Origin: Cypionkella sp. | GTDB lineage: Bacteria; Pseudomonadota; Alphaproteobacteria; Rhodobacterales; Rhodobacteraceae | NCBI GenBank assembly: GCA_034519315.1 | Contig: JAXHON010000015.1 | Span: forward strand, 37,917-101,916 | Direction of reading: 5' to 3' | Length of the DNA: 64,000 nt | Notes under the pieces: model-generated | What the model was told of the DNA's origin: nothing | The model's database searches: none | What the model saw: only the letters and a program-made list of their open reading frames with translations | In this document: piece by piece, positions 10,850 through 22,491 of the stretch | Layout of the letters: every line of letters begins with the position of its first letter | Position numbering within the stretch: the first letter of the stretch is position 1 | Translations under genes and position numbers: made by a program

Positions 10850-11520
10850 TGGTAAAGGTGGGGGGAAGGCGAGGAGCATATGGATTGAATGGAAAGGGGG
10901 GGGGGGGGGAGGGGTATGATTGATTGAAACGGGGGGGGAAGGAGGGGAGGGGGGGGGAGGCGGATGGGCGGAAGGGGGGCGGGGAGGGGGCGGGGGAAGG
11001 CGGCCCGCCGGCGGCCGGCCAAAAGCGGGTCGGGGCATGGCGGAGGGCGGGGGGCGGGCGCAGGGGCGGAGAGGAGAATAACGGCGGGGGGCAAGGGGGG
11101 GAGAAGGCGCGACCGGGGAGCGGGAGAAATAACGGGGGCGGGGGGCGGGCGATGAGGCGGTGAAGACCTAACGGGGACCCCGACAGGAGGGAGAACGGGG
11201 AGGGGGGGGCGCGCCGCGGCAGGGATTGGAAAGCCCAGGCCAGCCGGGGTGGGAGGGGCAGCACAGGGGGGGGCAGGGGGAAAGAGCGAGAGGAGCCGGT
11301 GGGGGAAAGGGCATGGCGGGGAACCCGAGGCGGGCAGAGCGGGTAAGGGCAAGAGGGCGGCGCCGAGGCGCGAAAGCGGGCGGGGGGGACGGCCGAGAGG
11401 CGAGAGGGGGGAGGGTAGGCGGGCGAAGGGGGAGCAGGGGGGGAAAGAATAGCGCGAACGGGAAATGAGGGCGGGAAGTGGGGGCAGGAAGGGCAAATGG
11501 AAACATGGGGGGAGGAAAAA
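10850..11520. other. G/A-rich low-complexity tract, probable sequencing artefact
   Basis: Almost T-free aperiodic runs of G and A; ORFs here are poly-Pro/Gly. Confidence 0.8.
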
Positions 11521-11599
11521 ACTATATCAACACAAAATAAGATATTTTCCGAGCAAGGAGGCACCAAGACTTGTGCGTATTTTGGGGCCATGTCAGGTT

Positions 11600-11850
11600 T
11601 TGCCGATGTTAGACAGGGCCTTTTTCCTTGCGGGCATGTTTGGTTGCGGCGATGATCTTGCGCATCGGGCAGCATTGCAGGCTTGATTATGGCGGTTTTG
11701 ATCATAACCTACGTGCTATTCAACGCGGCCACTGCGCTGGGGCGCATCGAGGGGGGATTGACACATCGGTGGTGACGCGCCTTTTGGGGATGGTATTGGC
11801 CGTCCTCGCGGTGCAGTTTGTGCAGGACGGTTTGCGTGGGGCGGAGGAAT
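11600..11850 (+). pseudogene. Degraded 3' remnant of a MarC-family membrane protein gene
   Basis: SVVTRLLGMVLAVLAVQFVQDGLR matches the MarC C-terminal pattern; rest unreadable, probably read error; boundaries approximate. Confidence 0.65.
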
Positions 11851-11923
11851 TCGGATGCGCGGCGGTCATTTTGCAAGGCTGCCATCCATGCCGTCGTGGT
11901 TGCAACGGGCGAAAGGATAAGCT

Positions 11924-12379
11924 GTGCCGATGCCGTGGACATATCGCCAAGCCAGCCGCGAATGGGCCGCCTTTTTGGATGACGCTAAAGAGGCCATCGG
12001 CACGCCGACCGACCACAGCACCTTTACCGCTGTCGAGGGGGTTTTGCGCGCTTTTCGGGCGCGGCTGACCCTGGAACAATCCATTGTTTTCGCCCAAGTA
12101 TTGCCCGCCGTTTTGCGCGCGTTGTTCGTCGCCAACTGGACGCCCGCGCCCCCGATTGCGGCAGGAACCCGCGCCGATTGGACGGCACAGGCCCAAAGCC
12201 TGCGCGCGCACCACAACCTTGCGCCCGCGCATGTTGTTATGGCCACGGCTCTTGCCTTGCGAAAATCGGTACATTTCGCAGATCTAGAGGCCACTTTGGC
12301 GCAGCTGCCCCCTTTTGCGGCGGAGTTTTGGCGCATTGATGCCCCCGATCCGGCCAGCCTTGGCCCGCGGATCGTTTGA
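11924..12379 (+). CDS. DUF2267-like protein
   Basis: MPMPWTYRQASREWAAFLDD...VEGVLRAFRARLTLEQ...FAQVLPAVLRALFV. Confidence 0.7.
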   Translation: MPMPWTYRQASREWAAFLDDAKEAIGTPTDHSTFTAVEGVLRAFRARLTLEQSIVFAQVLPAVLRALFVANWTPAPPIAAGTRADWTAQAQSLRAHHNLAPAHVVMATALALRKSVHFADLEATLAQLPPFAAEFWRIDAPDPASLGPRIV

Positions 12380-12481
12380 TGCGCGGTGCGTCTTACCCGC
12401 AGACCGCAGCGGTGATTTGGTGCGCGCCCCTTGTTCGGCCTCATTTATCTAGCCATATATCAACTGCAAGGAGAGCCTGCG

Positions 12482-13054
12482 ATGACCAGCGACAACACTG
12501 CCTCACTGATCTATCTGGCGCTGCTGTTGGCAGCCTTGGGCGGTTGGGCGCTGGTGGAATACCGCGCGCGGCTGGGCGAGATGGCGCGGGTTGCGGCGGC
12601 TTGGGGGTTGATCTTTTTGGCCGTGGCGGCGGGTTACGGGCTGTGGGCTGATTTGCGCCGCGATATTCTGCCCATCCAAAGCGTTCAGGCGGGGCGTGTG
12701 ATGATCCCGCGTGCGCAGGACGGGCATTATTATCTGTCGCTACAGATCAACAATGTGCCCATCACGATGATGGCCGACACGGGGGCCAGCGGCATTGTTC
12801 TAAGCAAATCCGATGCGACGAAAATCGGGATTGATGTCGAAGGTTTGCGGTTCTTGGGCACGGCGATGACCGCAAACGGCGAGGTGCGCACAGCGCGCAC
12901 CACCTTGGACAGCATCACCCTTGGCCCCTTTTCCGACAGCAAAGTCACCGCCTATGTGAACGCAGGCGAGATGTCGGGCTCGCTTTTGGGGATGGACTAT
13001 TTGGGCCGCTTTGACATTGCCTTGGGCGGCGATGAAATGCAGCTTAGCCGATAA
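12482..13054 (+). CDS. Membrane-anchored clan AA (retropepsin-like) aspartic protease, TIGR02281 type
   Basis: Two N-terminal TM segments, DGHYY, DTGAS, TANG, SLLGMDYL. Confidence 0.9.
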   Translation: MTSDNTASLIYLALLLAALGGWALVEYRARLGEMARVAAAWGLIFLAVAAGYGLWADLRRDILPIQSVQAGRVMIPRAQDGHYYLSLQINNVPITMMADTGASGIVLSKSDATKIGIDVEGLRFLGTAMTANGEVRTARTTLDSITLGPFSDSKVTAYVNAGEMSGSLLGMDYLGRFDIALGGDEMQLSR

Positions 13055-13055
13055 A

Positions 13056-13538
13056 TCAGGCCTTTGCAGGGGCGTTGACAGCGGTTTTCAACGCCCATTT
13101 CCCCGTTTCTTCGCTGTGATATTGGGCATGTAGGCCCGCGCCCGACACTTCTTTCCAAAGCCTGCGTGCTGCGGTCATTTGTGCGTCATCGGCAGCGTCA
13201 AACAAAACCCAAACGCGGTGCAGGTTTGCCGCCTCTTTTATATCCAGCGCGATGCTGCCGACGAGTGCCAGCGCATCAAACCCCGCGCTGGGGATATTAC
13301 CCAGCAAAATCGGTTGGTCATCATCTTGCGCGCCGCCCGACAAACCATGGGGCAAAAAGGCGGCTGGCGTGTCCCATAATTTGGCGTCCAAATCTTGCAA
13401 CACCGCATCTTCCCCGCGCAGCAAGACCCGCCAGCCCGCCTGCAAGGCCCGTGGCAAAATGGCCTTCAATGTGCTGGACGCAGGGGATTGGGTTAGGTGA
13501 TAAAACACCACGACCCCTTGGGCGGGGGCGCTCTTCAT
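13056..13538 (-). CDS. holC: DNA polymerase III subunit chi
   Basis: VVFYHLT, LDAKLW, FLPHG, QPILL; directly downstream of pepA. Confidence 0.9.
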   Translation of the reverse strand: MKSAPAQGVVVFYHLTQSPASSTLKAILPRALQAGWRVLLRGEDAVLQDLDAKLWDTPAAFLPHGLSGGAQDDDQPILLGNIPSAGFDALALVGSIALDIKEAANLHRVWVLFDAADDAQMTAARRLWKEVSGAGLHAQYHSEETGKWALKTAVNAPAKA

Positions 13539-15005
13539 TTGCCCTCGAATTTATCGGCAATCAGGCGGTTCAGCGCGGCAACGCCCCAGCCTGTGGCCCC
13601 TTTGGGGGCAAGTGCGCTGGCAGTTTTCAGACTGGCGACCCCTGCAATATCCAAATGGCACCATGGCACATCCTTGCGCACAAATCGGCGCAGGAACTGC
13701 GCCGCCGTGATCGCGCCGCCGTCGCGCCCGCAAGAATTGACCATATCGGCCACGCGTGATTTTAGTTTATCATCATAGGCTTGGCCCATTGGCATGCGCC
13801 ATGCGCCTTCGCCCTCGGCCTCGGCGGCACGCAAAAAGTCATTTGCCAGCGCGTCGTTATTGGAAAAGACGCCAGCATTTTCAGTGCCCAAGGCGACGAT
13901 GATCGCGCCTGTCAGCGTCGCCAGATTGATCATGGCGCGGGGCTTGAACCGCTCTTGCGTATACCACAGCACATCCGCCAAAACCAAACGCCCCTCGGCA
14001 TCGGTATTGATCACCTCGATCGTATCGCCCTTCAATGAGCGCACCACATCACCTGGCCTTTGCGCGCGCCCATCAGGCATGTTTTCGACAAGCCCGACGA
14101 TGCCGACAACATTGGCGCGGGCGCGGCGCAGCGCCAGCGTGCGCATCACGCCTGCCACCACGCCTGCGCCGCCCATATCCATCGTCATATCTTCCATGCC
14201 AGCTGCGGGCTTGATGGAAATGCCGCCCGTATCGAACACAACGCCCTTCCCCACGAGAGCAAAGGGCGCCTCGTCGCCGCCGCCGCGCCACTGCATTACC
14301 ACCACTTTGCTGGGGCTGTCTGACCCCTGCCCCACGCCCAAAAGCGCGCGCATACCCAGTTTTTCCAGTTGGTCTTCGTCCAAAATCTCTAAATCCAGCC
14401 CGATTTCTTGCATAGCAGCAAGGCGGGCGGCAAAATCATCGGTGGTCAGGATATTGGCAGGCTCGGTGACCAAATCGCGGGTGAACAAAACGCCTTCGGC
14501 CAGCGCCGCATTGGCCTGCGCCGCTTTGGCCTGTGCTTCGGGATTGGCGACGGCCATGGTGACGGGGCCGAACATCTGCGGCGCGGCGGTTTTATGGGCC
14601 GAAAAGTCATAGGCGCGCAGCGCAATCCCCAGCGCGATGTCACTGGCCAAGGGGTGGTTTTCCGCCAAGACCATCGCGCCCGCCTGCCCCAATGCCGCCC
14701 CAATCACGCCGCCCGCGCGCCGCGCTGCCAAAGCGGTGGATTTTTTTGGGCAAATGGATGACATGCAACGATTTTGCCGCCAAACCAGATGGATAGGCCA
14801 AATCCATCCCCTCGCCCGCTTGCAGGCGCGCAAAGGCGTCTGACTCCATCGCCCGCGCCAATGCCCCGCGCGTGGCCTTGTTCATCGCCCGCGCGGCGGC
14901 GGTGTTTGGGGTTGGGCCATCGGCAAACAATACGATCTGGCCTGCAAATTGCGCCAAATGCGCCAAATCTGGCGCGGCAAAGCTGATGGAAACGGGCAAA
15001 GCCAT
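13535..15005 (-). CDS. pepA: Leucyl aminopeptidase (M17), frameshift(s) near ~14700-14830
   Basis: VGKGVVFDTGG, MDMGGA, NTDAEGRL, ATLTGA, HLDIAG; N-terminus in ORF 14640..15119. Confidence 0.93.
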
Positions 15006-15161
15006 GGCATTCTCCTGCATATGCGCCAATCGCGCAACTTTCCGCCCTAAGCTAACGCCAGCGCGGCAAATATGCCAGATAGCAGTTTTCCAAGCGCGCC
15101 GAATAAGGTAGGCTGGCAAAGACTAAGCATTTGCAGCAAAACAGGCGTTTGATTTTTCCCC

Positions 15162-16319
15162 ATGGCACGAATTGACCGCTATGTATTCACGCAGCTTTTG
15201 GCGGTCTTCGGCTTTTACGCGTTGATTTTGATTTCGATCTTATTGAGGTGAACCGCGCAGACGCTGTGATGCTGTTGGTGATAATCTTGGTGTAGCGATA
15301 ATAATCGATGTTGACCTGTTACGTGCTAACGTCGCTGCTGACTTTATTCACGTCATCGAAGCTTGACACGTAACGATTGCCGCGTTTGTCGCCATAGCTT
15401 TCCTTGTCGCTAAAGGCTCGGCGTAGCAGTGGTGGTTCTGCAAGCGACGGGGTTTTCATATTTTCGTCTGGCGCGGCCAGCCGTCTATTTCGGACTGGCG
15501 GTTGCCTTGATGACAGCCATTGTGACCAATTTCCTGATGCCCGCAGCAGCCACGAAGCGCTGAATTAACCATGAAATATCCAGAAATTCGACGGCCAAAT
15601 ATCTGAAAGAAGGGCAGTTTTTACAACCAAGTGAAGGGGTTGTTTTGTTTATACGCGCCATCAATGATACTGGCGAGTTGGAGGATCTGTTCATCGCCGA
15701 CAGCCGTGATGAGGTCGAGCAACAGATCTACACGGCGCAGCGCGCCTATGTTGTCGATGACAATGGCGAACCAAAATTGCTGATGTTGGATGGGATTTTG
15801 CAACGAAAAGCAAAGGCCGATGACATTGTCTCGACCAGCAGGTTCTCTGATTTCACCTATTCTCTGGCCAACCTGATCGACACTGGACAAGGGCAAAAAC
15901 GCGCGATGGCAGAGTTATCAACCGTCGAATTGATCCTTGCCGCGCCGCAAACGGCCGCACAAGGCAAGTGGCGCGCCCCTGCCATGCAATACCGTGGCCA
16001 TATGCGTCTTAGTTGGCCGATCACCGCAGGCTTTACTGCCATGATCGGCTTTAGCGCCCTGTTTTTAGGCGGATATTCCCGTCACGGCCTGTGGTGGCAA
16101 ATCCTGATCGCGACGGTCTTGCTGATTGGGATGTATCTGACGCATATTCTAACGCTGTCGGCGGGGCCTAAATTGCAAGGCGGCGCGGTGCTGGCCTATA
16201 CGACGCCGCTCTTAGGACTGGCGATAACACTTTGGTTGCTTTGGACCAGCGGAAAGCCGCGCAAGCAAAATCGTAGCCGCTTTAGCCCTTTTTCCCGTTT
16301 CAAAACGCGGGCCAGCTGA
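15162..16319 (+). CDS. lptF: LPS export permease LptF (garbled ~15250-15560)
   Basis: Start MARIDRYVFTQLLAVFGFYALIL; LQATGFSYFRLARPA-like segment; C-terminal ORF 15645..16319; divergent from pepA as in conserved synteny. Confidence 0.82.
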
Positions 16320-17414
16320 TGATTTTGTTTCGATATAATTTCATGCGCTTTTTGGCGATGTTTTTGCGGGTTGCGCTGATATTCGCAGGTCTGTTGCTGG
16401 TGATCGGTATGGTTGACGAATTGGGCGCATTAACGGACGGGCAAGGCATCACCCGTGCGGCCTATATGTCGGTGCTTGGTCAAGTGGAAACATTTTATAC
16501 AATTTTGCCGCTTTTGGTGCTGATCACCTCGGTTTCGCTGTTTTTGGGCATGTCGCGTTCATCTGAGATTGTGGCCATTCGTGCGGCAGGCCAATCGGGA
16601 TTGAAGTTTCTAATCGCCCCCAGTCTCGGTGCCTTCACTGTTGGCATACTTGCGCTGCTGCTTCTAAATCCTTTGGTGACGGTCTTTACGACGCAATATG
16701 ACATCGAAAATGGGCGTGCCCAGCGTCGGCCGTGCTGACATTGGATGGGGCAGGACTATGGATGCGTCAGGGAGATGCCGCAAATCAAACCATCATACAC
16801 GCGCGCAGCTCGGATATGGGGCAACTGTTGCTGATCGATGCGACATTCATGGTCTTTGACCAAAACGGCACACCCGTGTCGCGCATCGAGGCGGCGCTGC
16901 GCGCTTGGTCCCTATGGCATGGGATTTGACCACCGCCGCCGAATGGGATTTGTCCGCCGCTAATCCGCAGCTCAGCCGCAAGGTTCTGGCCGATGGGACT
17001 TTCGATTACCGACCGTTGTTGCCATCAAAAGACTTAACTGCTGGTTTGGGCTGCGCAATTCGCTTGCCTATTTACGCGCTACACCGCTCATACTCGCTCG
17101 CTAGAAAGCGGGATTTTCTGCGCGTTCTCTTTCAATGTTTGGCTTTGATCCGAACTTCGTCAACACCTTTGGACTGTTGTTGCGGTGAACTTAGTTGCGG
17201 CGGGTGTCACCATTTCGCCGCCTTTGCGGTGGTAACCTTTGCGCAGATGGTCTTGTTCGCGATGCTTTTGGGTTTTGGGATATTCTTTTTGCGCAACATT
17301 GCACAAGTCTTTGGCCAAAATGGATTTATCCCCGTGGTTTTGGCCGCTTGGGGGCCGATTTTGGCGGCGTCCTTATTGGCCTTCACGTTGCTTTTGCATT
17401 TGGAGGAAGGGTGA
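16319..17414 (+). CDS. lptG: LPS export permease LptG (multiple frameshifts)
   Basis: MILFRYNFMRF, SRSSEIVAIRAAGQSG, GLWMRQG, C-terminal LAAWGP...LLLHLEEG. Confidence 0.85.
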
Positions 17415-17620
17415 TGATTGGCGCGCTTCCATCTAGCTCGCTTGGTCATGTATGGCGCATTGTAATTGCCATTATGTTCAGTGTGGCGGCCCAGTAGCAC
17501 GATGGCCTTCTGAAGAAAAAGGCGACATTGATTGCGGATCTTGTGGAAATTACGGGTGCGAACAGCATCCGCGCGCAAGGTAATGTCGAAGTTTTGCACA
17601 AAGGCTCGCGGCTAGTAACC
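17414..17620 (+). CDS. lptD: LPS assembly protein LptD, only the N-terminus readable
   Basis: Signal-like start, then KATLIADLVEITGANSIRAQGNVEVLHKGSRL (OstA-like); position between lptG and surA. Confidence 0.7.
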
Positions 17621-17649
17621 GAAAGTTTTCGTCATATTCAGCAGCTTTA

Positions 17650-19780
17650 AAAGCGCTGATAAAGAGCGCTATGGTGACGCTGCTTTATCTGCTTCTCGCT
17701 CCAGCCATTTCGGCAACGTTGCTGCTGAAGCGATGAGCGCAGAACATTCTGCTCGGCACTGGCTTTGTCTTCAAAGCCTTTGCAGCATTAATTGAAACTT
17801 ATCACAGGCCATCTTCCGCCGCTAATATCTGCAATTGCCAAAACCGCTTTTGCTAAGACTCCATGCAACTGCATGTCCACAGCTTTTCTAGGCTTTTCTT
17901 TTCCATTCAAATCACTAGAATAGATACGGCAGCATTATACTATTTTCCACATTTTCCAACACTAATTGGCATCAAAACAAGGCACCATTTTGATTTCTAT
18001 GCAGTGGCAATGCTGCTGTTTGCCGAGAAGCAGAAACACCTTCACCATTTCCAACGACTTAGGCCATACCATAGCATGTTGCATCTCCTCATTTGCATAA
18101 TCTTCCAAATCTGCACAAATAACAGCTTCTCACCTTTTCAAAGCAATTTTCAACTCTTCAATGAATGCAGAAAAATGCATCCTCTTCTGTGAAGCTTTTC
18201 ATTCCTTTTCATACTACAACACAGAAGCATTTCAGCGTGTCTACAATTTTCCAAACTGTCTAGACTTCAATTGACAGGATTCAACTCTGTGACTTGAGTA
18301 TATACACACAACACAGAAGCGCTTCTGTCTAGGCTGCATTTTAAGTTTCTCATTGCATTAACAAACATCACAGCACTATCGCTTCTTCAACACTGTTAGC
18401 TGAAAGCAGCACAAATTTCAGAAACTGTTTGCTCCTTCTTTCCTTTTATTTGCTTTTCAAATAACCTCAAAGCAGCAGTAATCCATTTTCACAGCTGACT
18501 TTTGTGTGTGTGTCCATTGCTGCTAGTTCAACTTCTTTTGAAGTGAACTTCCCTTGATACAACAGCAGAATCTGTAACCTGCAAAATATTTGTCCCATTG
18601 CAAACTAATGTCTTCATATCAAGCGCTGGAAACGTCTTCCTACAACTACACAGAATCATCCTCCGAAGTCAGGAAGCTATTCAGCCCTGTGCACTCATAG
18701 GATAGCGCTTCCTTTTGCGTTTAGCTTCTCTTTTGCTTTATGTTGCTGAATTGTCTTTATCACAAATTGTCAGAGAAACAACACAAACACAAAACGATAA
18801 AAGGCTACTAAGAGTCTAGTATTCCATTTCATTTCCCATAGGCCTCAACGCAATTCTGGTACTGCAGAAGTGACTCTTTTTGAACATTTCTCTTCCTCTC
18901 AGAAGCATCACTCTGTAATATTCTGTCATTCTGCTAGACTTGGATAACGATTTCCTTCGTTGGAAACGGGATTGGTGAAGCATTGAATGCAGCACTGCGT
19001 AACAACACTATGTTGTGTGCCCTCTCAGCAGTAAACCTTCCTTTGATGGAGCACTAAGAAACACTTTGTAAAACTGTTGAAACCCCTCTTTCAGGCCTTC
19101 CACATACGTCTTTAAACTGCTTTGACACAAACTGTATCATAGCTTATCTTCTCACTTCATTCAGAACTAGAACGAGTACGCAGCATTCTCAGAAACTACT
19201 TTGCAATGCCCGTCACACAGAGTTGAACATTCCCTCAAACAGCATTATTAGTGATATTTCTCCAACGCTTTACATCTCCTCTCCCAAATTATCCAACAAC
19301 ACTGTCTTAGCCTCTATCGCCCTTTTGGAAACTGCTTCAAAGCCAAGCAGAAACAACGCACAATAAAGGCCATGAATCACACTTCTGACAGAATTCAATC
19401 TGAAGACTCTGAGCTTTTCATCAAAAAGAGTGTTTCAAAACTGCTAGACGCTTCAACACTGTGACTTGAGATACAGCATGAAATTACTCACAGAATGCTG
19501 ACCCCCCCCCCCCCCCCCTTCTACAGCGTTTCCAACGAAGGCCATTCAAATCGCAATCGAATTCTCCACTAATTCTCCACAAAAAGAGTGTTTCACCCCT
19601 CTCCTTCAATGAACTTTCAACGTTACACTGTGAGGCAGACACAAACACAACAAGTGAAATCATTTTTACTTTTGCTTCCAACAATGGCCATTTCCCTTTT
19701 CGCATAGGCATCATAGCACGAAACCTGAAGAATTTCACTGGCATATCTGAATATCCTTTTGACCACAGTGCAATAGCTCA
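17650..19780. other. AT-rich non-coding tract with scrambled human alpha-satellite motifs (artefact or contaminant)
   Basis: CENP-B box CTTCGTTGGAAACGGGA 18955-18971; reverse partial copy 19527-19543; AGCATTCTCAGAAACTACTTTG 19182-19203; CACAGAGTTGAACATTCCCT 19216-19235; reverse motifs 18280-18297 and 19423-19445. Confidence 0.85.
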
Positions 19781-20633
19781 GCCAGCGCAAGGCTTTCTTC
19801 CAGCGCTCTTTCGCGATTTTGTCAGCGCAGGCATCATTTGGCGGGACGTCGTGCGCGCGCGTTTTGGCGAACAGGTCGTGATTTCCGAGGCTGCAATAGA
19901 TCGGGCTTTGACCAATTTACAAGTTGGCGGCGCGCAGACCGTAACTTTGGCCGAAATCGTGCTGGATGCAAGCCCGGCACGTCGCAACGCAGCACTTGCA
20001 GCGGCGCGCAACTTGCAAATTGATTTTATCAAAGGTCGCTCGTTCTCTCAGGCGGCGCGTGCTGTGTCCATTGGCACCAGTGCGCGACGTGGCGGGGCCT
20101 TACCAGCAAAACGCCTGTCCGAATTGCCCGAATCCATTGCTGTTTTGGTTCGCGGGTTAGACCCTGGGCAGGTATCACCGCCCATCGTCATCGACGATCG
20201 GCTGTACATGTATCAAAAACTGGAAAATGGAACCTCTGCTGTCGCGCAGACGGGCAGCAAAGTGGTTGATTATGCCGAAGTGTCCCTGCCTGCCTCGGGC
20301 GATCCTGCCCTTCATGTCGCGCAAATGCGCGCCGAGGTGGATAGCTGCGACGCGCTGTTTAGTTATGCCACAAGTCAGCGTGGCATGGCCGTTGTTCGCC
20401 ACAAGGCGGTGCAGCCCAATGCCGCCGCAGCGCTGCAATTGCTGGACACGGGTGAAATTTCGCCGCCCCTTGCGGGCAACCGCGCGGTGATGCTGTGCGC
20501 GCGTGGGCTAGACCCCACTAAAACCGCCAGCCGCGACGAAGTGCGCCTAATATTGCGCAATCAACGCCTTGCGGCCATGGCCGATGTCTATCTGTCCGAG
20601 TTGCGCGCGGATGCATTGATCCGTGATCCATGA
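19780..20633 (+). CDS. surA: SurA-type peptidylprolyl isomerase/chaperone, 5' part lost in garbled tract
   Basis: FRDFVSAGIIWRDVVRARFG, SFSQAARAVS...GGAL, C-terminal YLSELRADALIR; upstream of pdxA. Confidence 0.82.
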
Positions 20634-21630
20634 CAATGCGCGCGCCCGTCGCCCTTAGCTGCGGCGATCCTGCGGGGATTGGCCCACTGGCACGCGCCCC
20701 GCAATGGCGTGTGCCGTTATTTCTTGGGGCAGATGCTCGGCATTTTTCTACATTGGCGACCCTCGGCATTTGCCGCAAGGCACGCAGTGGCAAGCCATTG
20801 AAAACCCAGCGCAAACGGCGCAGATTGGCGCGCATATTCTGCCCGTACTGCCGCACGACTTTGCCGCCCCCGCGACCGCTGGCGTGCCAAGCCCCGTCAA
20901 TGCCAGCGGTATCATTTCGGCCATCGCGCGCGGTGTGGATTTGGTGCAATCGGGCGCAGCGTCGGCGCTGTGCACGCTGCCAATCAACAAGAAGGCGCTG
21001 AAGGACGGCGCGAATTTCGCCTTTCCTGGACATACCGAATATCTGTCGCATCTGTCGGGCGGTGCGCCTGCGGTGATGATGCTGGCCGCGCCCCAGTTGC
21101 GCGTGGTTCCCGTCACCATTCATATCGCGCTGCAAGACGTGCCGCGTGCGCTGACCGCTGATCTTTTGCGCCAAACCATCACCATCACCCACGGCGCGCT
21201 GATCCACGACTTTGGCCTTGCCGCCCCGCGTATCGCCGTGGCGGGGCTAAACCCCCATGCGGGCGAAGGCGGGGCGATGGGGCGGGCGGAATTGGACGTC
21301 ATAATTCCCGTTTTGGATGATTTGCGCGCAGGCGGGATGAACATCACCCCGCCCCTGCCCGCCGATACGATGTTCCACCCCCGCGCGCGGGCGGGCTATG
21401 ACGTGGCGATTTGCATGTATCACGATCAGGCGCTGATTCCGATCAAAACCATTGATTTTGACGGCGGCGTGAATGTCACGCTGGGCCTGCCATTCGTGCG
21501 CACCTCGCCCGATCATGGCACGGCCTATGATATTGCGGGGCGCGGTGTAGCGCGCCCCGATAGTTTGATTGCCGCGCTGCGTATGGCGCAGGACATGGCG
21601 CAAAAGAGGGGGCGAGATGGCCACGATTGA
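20630..21630 (+). CDS. pdxA: 4-hydroxythreonine-4-phosphate dehydrogenase (frameshift near 5' end)
   Basis: [36 protein letters not shown]. Confidence 0.95.
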
Positions 21631-22458
21631 CGGGCTTCCACCGCTGCGGCAAGTTATCCAAACCCATGATTTAATTGCGAAAAAGTCTTTGGGGCAGAAT
21701 TTCTTGCTGGATATGAACCTTACGGCGAAAATCGCGCGACTGGCGGGCGATCTTGCCGCTTGCGACGTTTTGGAAATCGGCCCTGGGCCTGGGGGGCTGA
21801 CGCGGGGGCTGCTGGCCGAAGGCGCGCGCCGCGTGCTGGCGATCGAAAAAGACCCACGCTGCATTGCAGCATTGCAAGAAATCGCGGCGGTCTATCAGGG
21901 CCGCTTGTCCATTTTGAACGCCGATGCGCTGACAGTAGACGCAGCCGCGCTTTTGAACCCGCCGATCCGCATCATCGCCAACCTGCCCTATAACGTGGGA
22001 ACCGAGCTGCTGATCCGCTGGCTGTGCCGCAAGTATGGCCGCCGTTTTGGGACAGCTTGACGTTGATGTTTCAAAAAGAAGTGGCCGAGCGTATCGTGGC
22101 CAAGCCGCGCAGCGATCACTACGGGCGTCTTGCGCTGCTGGTGCAATGGCGCTGCAATGCAAAAATCGTGATGCATCTGCCGCCCGAGGCCTTTACCCCC
22201 GCGCCGAAAGTGCATTCGGCCGTGGTGCATCTTACGCGGCTGGACGCGCCACGCTTTCCTGCCGACTTTGCCATTTTGCAGCGCATCACCGCCATGGCCT
22301 TTAACCAAAGACGCAAGATGCTGCGATCATCGCTGAAATCGCTGCATCCCGCAGTTGAAGATATGCTGCTGGCCTGCGACATCCCTCCTACCGCGCGCGC
22401 CGAGGAGATCGGGCTAGAGCAATTCTGCGCGCTTGCCCGCGTGTTTGCGATGGCCTAA
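21617..22458 (+). CDS. rsmA: 16S rRNA dimethyladenosine transferase (frameshift near ~22025)
   Basis: [45 protein letters not shown]. Confidence 0.95.
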
Positions 22459-22491
22459 GCGCGATGTCGGCGACAGTACACTTGTCCTAAA

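Noticed and set aside
10452-11705. Long Pro-rich and Gly-rich ORFs (417 aa, 217 aa and others)
   Set aside because: They arise from stop-poor low-complexity sequence that is probably artefactual
19502-19518. Poly-C tract as a phase-variation site
   Set aside because: Lies inside the garbled tract, not in a gene or promoter
17650-19780. Real horizontal transfer of primate centromeric DNA, or an AT-rich island
   Set aside because: Mixed orientation, no 171-bp period, replaces a normally essential gene at similar length, and has gradually degrading flanks
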